Source: a virus (taxonomy: Duplodnaviria; Caudoviricetes). From it: 64,000 nt of DNA. Within the stretch, counting starts at the first letter, position 1. Each line of letters opens with the position of its first letter. Under the pieces are notes generated by a model that made no database searches, had not been told where the DNA came from, and was given only the letters and a program-made list of their open reading frames with translations. The stretch is taken from the IMG/VR virus record IMGVR_UViG_3300017722_003538, positions 29,071 to 93,070 of that record; one strand, given 5' to 3'. Positions 58,040 to 64,000 of this stretch are shown one piece after another. A program made the position numbers and the translations under genes.

Positions 58040-59353
58040 ATGAAATTCGGACAAGATTTTGAAAAAATATTCTTTAAGTTATCTTTGGCAAAACCAAAGT
58101 ACCTAGAGAAAATACATAAAGGCTTTTATACTTCAGACGAAATAGACACGATGCACTTTTTGGCAACAAAGTTCTATGAGAAATTCCACGAGTCGCCAAA
58201 AGCGGATCAAATGAAAATCCTTTCTCAAAGTCCTAAATTTAAAGGAAAAGTAGAGGATAGTATTATTGAATTGGTTTACAAAACTGATTTGACTCAATAC
58301 GATGAGGAATGGCTAGTTTCTACGGCTGAGGCTTGGATTAAATGGAGAACATTTGATACTACACTAATCGATACGATTGAGTACATCAAAACTACTGAAG
58401 TTACTCCAGAAAATGCAGATTCAATCATCTCAAAAGTTAAAAGTTTAATCAATGACCGAAATTCAATTGTATTTAACTCAGATATTGGATTAGATTTCTT
58501 TAATGCAGGAGACCACTTCCAAGAAGGTCGAGCCAAATTTTCGACTGGATATAACTTTTTAGACAGGTTATTATCCGGTGGTTATGACAAAGATGGTTCA
58601 TTAATAGTTTATGTTGGAGAACAAAATATTGGTAAGTCTATTTTCTTAGCAAATGACGCCGCAAATTTTGTTAAAATGGGTGTTAACACTGCATTTGTTT
58701 CAGCGGAGATGGCAGCTCATAAAGTTCTTAAAAGAATCGGAGCAAACCTACTTACAATTCCAATGAATGAATATGATGTAAAAGCCCAAAACAAAGACCT
58801 AATCAAAAGAAAACTTGAAAATGTCGGAGATGGTTTAACACCACCTGGAAATCTTTTTGTAAAACAATTTCCAACTTCTCAAGCCACCGTACCAGATATT
58901 GAAGCCTATTTAAAACAAATCGAAGAGGAACGTAAAATAAAACTAGGAGCTATTGTTATTGACTACATAAATATCTTAGCAAACTACAGAAATCCAAACT
59001 CTGAAAATATGTACCTTAAAATCAAGCAAATCGCCGAAGATTTAAGAGCAATGGGAGTAAGAAATGGTTGGTTGATAGTTACTGCAACACAGATTAATCG
59101 TAACAACTATAATTCAAGTGATATTGGAATGGGAGATGTGGCAGAATCCGCTGGTCTTTCACATACCGCAGATTTGATGCTTGGAATTATTCAAGATGAT
59201 ATTATGCGAGCATCATTTGAATACTGGCTTAAAGTACTAAAAATTAGAGATGGTGAAGGTAAGGGTGTTAAATGCCGACTAGATATTAATTATCAATATA
59301 TGCGACTTACAGAAACTGACGATGTTACAAATTCAAACATACACAACTTATAA
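58040..59353 (+). CDS. gp41: Replicative DnaB-like helicase (T4 gp41)
   Basis: GEQNIGKS, SAEM, IDYINI, IAEDLR, TATQINR, AESAGL..TAD, KIRDG. Confidence 0.92.
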   Translation: MKFGQDFEKIFFKLSLAKPKYLEKIHKGFYTSDEIDTMHFLATKFYEKFHESPKADQMKILSQSPKFKGKVEDSIIELVYKTDLTQYDEEWLVSTAEAWIKWRTFDTTLIDTIEYIKTTEVTPENADSIISKVKSLINDRNSIVFNSDIGLDFFNAGDHFQEGRAKFSTGYNFLDRLLSGGYDKDGSLIVYVGEQNIGKSIFLANDAANFVKMGVNTAFVSAEMAAHKVLKRIGANLLTIPMNEYDVKAQNKDLIKRKLENVGDGLTPPGNLFVKQFPTSQATVPDIEAYLKQIEEERKIKLGAIVIDYINILANYRNPNSENMYLKIKQIAEDLRAMGVRNGWLIVTATQINRNNYNSSDIGMGDVAESAGLSHTADLMLGIIQDDIMRASFEYWLKVLKIRDGEGKGVKCRLDINYQYMRLTETDDVTNSNIHNL

Positions 59354-59355
59354 AA

Positions 59356-59799
59356 ATGAGAACACAAAGAGACAAAATATTCGACAATACATTTTCTGAA
59401 AGCGAATTTGAACTAGACACTTCATTTTCCTTTGATATTGCACCAAGTTACCTAGACAATCGTGACGAAGAGGACAAAATTGAAACACAAATAATTATTA
59501 CTAAAATCCACGAGTTAATTGAATCTTCTCGATTCAAACACTTTAATAACATTAATGAATTTAACGAGACTGTTAAATTAAAAAAGAATGAAATTAACGA
59601 AATTTATGAATTTATTTCAGACGAGCTCCGACCAAATCATTCAATCATTGAAGTATTTTCGGAATTGTGTGATTACTTTAATGTAAATCCAACAAAATTC
59701 TATCAGTCACTTGGTAATAAATTTAAAGAGGAGCTAATCGAGGTATTAGACAAGAAGACAAACGTACTAAAGAAAAAGCATATAAATAGATTATTCTAA
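59356..59799 (+). CDS. Hypothetical protein; C-terminus reminiscent of gp33 late-transcription coactivator
   Basis: IEVFSELCDYFNVNPTKFYQSLGNKFKEEL helical pattern; function call is weak. Confidence 0.35.
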   Translation: MRTQRDKIFDNTFSESEFELDTSFSFDIAPSYLDNRDEEDKIETQIIITKIHELIESSRFKHFNNINEFNETVKLKKNEINEIYEFISDELRPNHSIIEVFSELCDYFNVNPTKFYQSLGNKFKEELIEVLDKKTNVLKKKHINRLF

Positions 59800-59801
59800 C
59801 T

Positions 59802-60914
59802 ATGATTGAGCAAGAAACTTTAAACAAGCCAGTAAAAAGAATTTGGATTCTGGGTGATATGCACCTAGGCGTCCGATCGAGTTCATTGGAATGGTTAGAA
59901 ATGCAAAAAGATTTCTATGACAATCAATTTATTCCGACCCTATTAGAAAACTATGAAGAGGGAGATATATTGGTTCAGGTTGGAGATGCTTTCGATAATA
60001 GACAAAGTGTAAACATTCGAGTTCTACATTATTCAATTGACCTATTTGAAAGACTTGGTAAAATTTTACCAACTCATGTAATTTGCGGAAACCATGATAT
60101 TTGGGCAAAGAAAAGTAATGATGTAAGTTCTATTGACGCTCTTAAATGGATTCCAAACGTAAGTATTTACAAAGAACCCCAAACATTTCATTGGGGTGGA
60201 CGGGAAGTCTTATTAATGCCATGGAGACGGGACGTAGAACATGAAGTAGAAACACTGGATGCTTACCCAAATTCTGAAATTGTATTTTGCCATTCAGAAG
60301 TTCGAGGTATTAAATTAAACAAGAAGGTTGATAATCACCATGGTACGGATTCGACTACTTATGATCGATTTACTGCAGTTTATTCAGGACATATTCATTA
60401 TAGACAGAGAAGAGGCCAACTGAGAATGGTTGGTACACCTTACGAATTGACGCGATCTGACATGGATAACACTAAAGGATTTGACCTTGTTAATTTAGAA
60501 GACATGCAGGAAACTTTCTTTGAGAATACAATATCACCAAAGTTTGTTAAATTTAATCTAACAAATCTTTACAATACACCTCTTGGAGAATTTAAAGATG
60601 CAATTAGAAACAATTTTGTAGACCTTTATGTTCCATCAAATATTGCAACCACATCGGCTCTTTCAAGACTGATTAATAAAGTACAAACAATAAGTAGAAA
60701 AATTGACCCCAATATCTACGAACAGGACACATTCTTAGACGAGGATTCATACGACATGGACCAAATCGAAGACCTGTACAAAAACTATAATATCCTACAT
60801 CTTTGTAATATCTATGTTGATAATACTGTACATGCCGAAGATGTTAAAACGCAAATCAAAGATCGTTTAAAGAAACTTCATGATTTTTATGCGTATAATA
60901 ATCAAATGGATTAA
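59802..60914 (+). CDS. gp47: Mre11/SbcD-like nuclease (T4 gp47)
   Basis: GDMHLG, GDAFDNR, GNHD, CHSE, SGHIH. Confidence 0.92.
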   Translation: MIEQETLNKPVKRIWILGDMHLGVRSSSLEWLEMQKDFYDNQFIPTLLENYEEGDILVQVGDAFDNRQSVNIRVLHYSIDLFERLGKILPTHVICGNHDIWAKKSNDVSSIDALKWIPNVSIYKEPQTFHWGGREVLLMPWRRDVEHEVETLDAYPNSEIVFCHSEVRGIKLNKKVDNHHGTDSTTYDRFTAVYSGHIHYRQRRGQLRMVGTPYELTRSDMDNTKGFDLVNLEDMQETFFENTISPKFVKFNLTNLYNTPLGEFKDAIRNNFVDLYVPSNIATTSALSRLINKVQTISRKIDPNIYEQDTFLDEDSYDMDQIEDLYKNYNILHLCNIYVDNTVHAEDVKTQIKDRLKKLHDFYAYNNQMD

Positions 60915-60916
60915 AT

Positions 60917-62590
60917 ATGAAAATACAAAGTATTGAACTTAAAAACTTTGCATCTTACGGTAATCAAGTTCAAACTATAAGATTTGAAGATGATAAATCT
61001 GAACTATTTTTAACACTAGGAAAAAATGGTGAAGGCAAAACAACTATTGCTAACGCGATAGTTTTTGCGCTTTACGGTAAAGTCGAAGGTGTTAAAATGT
61101 CCGACCTTCCAAATCGAATTAATAAAGAACTTTGGGTCAGAATAACCCTACAATGTAAAAGTATTACTGTTGTTATAGAACGTGGACTGGCTCCTGGAAT
61201 ATTTAAAGTTCTCCTTAATGGAATTGAATTCGACAAGGCAGGAAAACGTTCAGTACAAGAATATCTAGAAGAGGAAATCTTTGGCATTCCATACCATGTA
61301 TTTAAAAATATTATTATTCTCTCTGTTAATGACTTTAAGTCTTTTTTAACAATGAGTAATAGTGACAAGCGCCAAATTATCGACAAAATGTTTGGATTCT
61401 CTATCTTAAACGATATGCAAAATGCACTTAAAGAGGAGAGACGAAACCTTAAAAGTGATATTGATGGATTTGCTAGAGAATTGGTACAAATAAATGAAAA
61501 CATAAAACAGGTTCAAATTAAATTGGACCAATTAATGGCTGAAAGCCAAGAAAAGGACAAAAAGAAAATCCAACATCTTAAAGATTCTCTTGTTAAATAT
61601 GATGAGAATAAAAAGAAGTTAGAAGAGGCACAAGGTAAAATCACTGCAAGTATCAAGGGTTTAAATTTAGACCTACAAACAAAACAATCTACTGAAACCG
61701 AACTTAAGTTTAAAATAACCGAACTTAAAAAGAAATTAGAATTGTATGAGAATAATGCATGCCCAACCTGCGAACATGAACTTACTGGAGAATTTCATAA
61801 CTCTAGAAAAGACGAACTTGAGTCTGAACTAAAGGATATTCCAAGTCGACTTCTAGAAGTTTCAAAAGAAGTTTCAAACGTAAAGGATTCTATTAGCGAT
61901 CTTAGAGACAAGGACAGCGCCGTTCGTGACAAAGTATCTTCCTTAAATATTAACATTGCAAACTTTAAAAAGGAACTATTGTCAATTTCAGCCGCAATTA
62001 AAGGTAGTACTGATTTCTCACACATGGAGCAAATTATATCGGACTTTGAAACTCAAGAGCTGGAGAAAGGAAATCTAAAAGATACTAAAACGGTTGACTA
62101 TAATTTCTTAGAAATGGTTGAAGAGGTTCTTGGAGAGGATGGAGTTAAAAATCTTGCAATCAAGACTATATTGCCCGGACTGAATGCGAATATCGCAGCT
62201 ATGACCCAGACAATGCACCTTCACTTTCACCTCAGGTTTGATGAGAAATTCAATTGTATTATCAATCACTTAGGGGAGGAGATTAATCCAATGACCCTTT
62301 CAACAGGTGAACGAAAGAAGGCAGACTTTATAATTATTATTGCAATTATCAAAATCTTAAAGTTAAGATTCCCACAATTAAACCTGCTTTTCTTAGATGA
62401 GTTGTTAAGTTCGGTCGATCAGGACGGGATCCACAATATCCTAAAAATCTTAAGTGGCGTAATTAAAGAGAGTAAAATAAATTGTTTTGTGATTAATCAT
62501 ACTCCGCTACCTCACGAGATATTTGATAAAAAGATTCAAATCTACAGAGAAAATGGATTCTCCAAGTTTGATATTGAACTAATAGAATAA
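60917..62590 (+). CDS. gp46: Rad50/SbcC-like ATPase (T4 gp46)
   Basis: GKNGEGKTT, Zn hook CPTC, LSTGERKK, LDE. Confidence 0.93.
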   Translation: MKIQSIELKNFASYGNQVQTIRFEDDKSELFLTLGKNGEGKTTIANAIVFALYGKVEGVKMSDLPNRINKELWVRITLQCKSITVVIERGLAPGIFKVLLNGIEFDKAGKRSVQEYLEEEIFGIPYHVFKNIIILSVNDFKSFLTMSNSDKRQIIDKMFGFSILNDMQNALKEERRNLKSDIDGFARELVQINENIKQVQIKLDQLMAESQEKDKKKIQHLKDSLVKYDENKKKLEEAQGKITASIKGLNLDLQTKQSTETELKFKITELKKKLELYENNACPTCEHELTGEFHNSRKDELESELKDIPSRLLEVSKEVSNVKDSISDLRDKDSAVRDKVSSLNINIANFKKELLSISAAIKGSTDFSHMEQIISDFETQELEKGNLKDTKTVDYNFLEMVEEVLGEDGVKNLAIKTILPGLNANIAAMTQTMHLHFHLRFDEKFNCIINHLGEEINPMTLSTGERKKADFIIIIAIIKILKLRFPQLNLLFLDELLSSVDQDGIHNILKILSGVIKESKINCFVINHTPLPHEIFDKKIQIYRENGFSKFDIELIE

Positions 62591-62599
62591 GATATATAA
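62591..62599 (+). promoter_or_regulatory. Putative late promoter GATATATAA
   Basis: Recurrent motif only 3 nt before the next ATG, so its role here is uncertain. Confidence 0.45.
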
Positions 62600-62602
62600 T
62601 AC

Positions 62603-63424
62603 ATGGCAAACTATAACCAGAAATATAATTCCGACGATAGTGTTATTAGACACATTATTATTGGATTTCTAGCCGATTTGAATGCTAAATTGTATTTTCA
62701 TCGACAATTATCTAATACAGAGCGAATAGTCGTAGATGTTCCATTCTACTACTCAATAACTGGGGATGACCAGTTCCTAAGAGACAATTTTTTGTTTTCA
62801 ACGGCATCTGGACCTTTTTGTATGCCTGATAAGGCCAATGCTGACGCAAATTACGACATTGTACCAAGAGGAATTGTAAACCTTACGGGCCTTACTATTG
62901 ATTCTGCTAAATTGGTTAATAAAAGAACCATGGGTAATTATACAAAAATGAACCCCGAAGGAATTGTAGAAGCCTATGTCGCTGAATTTGATATGATTCC
63001 AATAACTATGAGTTTTGATATTGAAATCCTGGTATCTTCAACACTTGATTCTTTTAAAATAGTGGAAGCAATTATCAAAAGAATGTACAAATCAAATTAC
63101 TTTAATGTTGAAGTTGGACATTTAGAAGAGGGTAACTATAGAATTGCATCATATTACGCCCTTCCTGAAGATTACAGTATGGAAAGACCTATTGGATTTA
63201 CATATGAGGACAAGGACCGATATAAAATAATGGTTCCAATTGAAGTTAACTCATTCCTTCCATCATTTAACTGGGGTAATGAACAAAGTTTTGGTATTAA
63301 CAAACGTTCTACTGAACAATTTGCAGGAAACCGAATGTTTACTATCGATACTAATGTAATTAATAAAGCATCCAATGAGGAAAGCAACAGGGTTATCGAT
63401 GAAACTGATATTGATAATCGATAA
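62603..63424 (+). CDS. Tail terminator/sheath stabiliser (T4 gp15-like)
   Basis: IRHIIIGF..L, VPFYY, VPRG...L, IPITMSFDIEI, KIVEAI. Confidence 0.6.
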   Translation: MANYNQKYNSDDSVIRHIIIGFLADLNAKLYFHRQLSNTERIVVDVPFYYSITGDDQFLRDNFLFSTASGPFCMPDKANADANYDIVPRGIVNLTGLTIDSAKLVNKRTMGNYTKMNPEGIVEAYVAEFDMIPITMSFDIEILVSSTLDSFKIVEAIIKRMYKSNYFNVEVGHLEEGNYRIASYYALPEDYSMERPIGFTYEDKDRYKIMVPIEVNSFLPSFNWGNEQSFGINKRSTEQFAGNRMFTIDTNVINKASNEESNRVIDETDIDNR

Positions 63425-63433
63425 ATAATTAAT

Positions 63434-63445
63434 GATATATAAATA
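63434..63445 (+). promoter_or_regulatory. Putative late promoter GATATATAAATA
   Basis: Contains GATATATAA and TATAAATA. Confidence 0.6.
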
Positions 63446-63465
63446 AAATAAAATAATAAAACAAT

Positions 63466-64000
63466 ATGACAACTAATATTCTTGCACCATTTGTTAAATT
63501 AGACGAATCTTTTCAGTTTTATGTAAGCGGAAGATTATTCGAAATGAGTGAAACTGAAATTAAAGAAGTTGAAGGTACACAAAATTCAACCTTAATTAAT
63601 GCAATCAATGCATTCGAATCTTTTCAATTTACAGAAGATTCAGTAAGATGGTTCCATGGACCAAGCAAATTTATCTACAATTTAGCCGAAGGTATTTTCC
63701 AACATAACAATTCAGAAATTATTGGTAATTCATTTTCAAATCACGTAATGGCTGCCGGTCATATTAGATACGGAGAAAAACCAATTGCTGAATTATTTGA
63801 ATCTCTTCCAACCCTATTAGAGAACTTTGTAACTCTTGATTTTGCTGCGACATTTGAAGGAAACGAAGTAACTGTAAATCTTTTTAAATTAAACGAAGAA
63901 GTTTACGTTGCACGTTTTAACAAAGCAAACAAAATTGCAAAATTCTTCAAAGCAAAAAATGCTAACGAAGCGGTTGAATATGTTACTAAAGAAACTGGAG
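63466..64000 (+). CDS. Hypothetical protein (3'-truncated by window edge)
   Basis: MTTNILAPFVKLDESFQFYV..., open to the window end. Confidence 0.75.
   Translation, partial: MTTNILAPFVKLDESFQFYVSGRLFEMSETEIKEVEGTQNSTLINAINAFESFQFTEDSVRWFHGPSKFIYNLAEGIFQHNNSEIIGNSFSNHVMAAGHIRYGEKPIAELFESLPTLLENFVTLDFAATFEGNEVTVNLFKLNEEVYVARFNKANKIAKFFKAKNANEAVEYVTKETG

Noticed and set aside
2741-63472. Numerous minus-strand and alternate-frame ORFs in the track (e.g. 7964..8551, 49316..49780, 61072..61503, 27704..27886)
   Set aside because: They lie within or overlap well-supported + strand genes, lack motifs, and show shadow-ORF composition

Overview
This window is 64 kb of an AT-rich, T4-like (myovirus-type) large/jumbo phage genome with essentially all real genes on the + strand. 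A Bacteroidota host is likely (A-rich, Shine-Dalgarno-less start contexts; TATATTTAC elements), but that is inference. Gene order: tail/baseplate and collagen-containing fibre genes (1-21.7 kb); RuvC-like resolvase, gp32 SSB, primase, UvsY, UvsW (22-27 kb); a block of putative head-packaged proteins with T4-like capsid-targeting leaders, including polyproteins with repeated ES-x-V-N/T-E linkers (27-40 kb); a DUF2828/TROVE-like vWA gene followed by a self-contained non-coding transcript with two ACAGCAA stem units (40-42 kb); a putative DNA-hypermodification locus built around myo-inositol-1-phosphate synthase (42-47.6 kb); a family B polymerase split into two genes 6.2 kb apart, with RNR, an ATP-grasp enzyme, an N5-carboxyethyl-ornithine synthase and a putative clamp in between; then UvsX, gp41, gp47, gp46 and gp15. 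The strongest candidates for undescribed biology are the inositol-linked base-modification cluster, the DUF2828 plus Y-RNA-like RNA pair, and the modular capsid-targeted cargo system. Family calls come from motif recognition by eye; no database searches were run.
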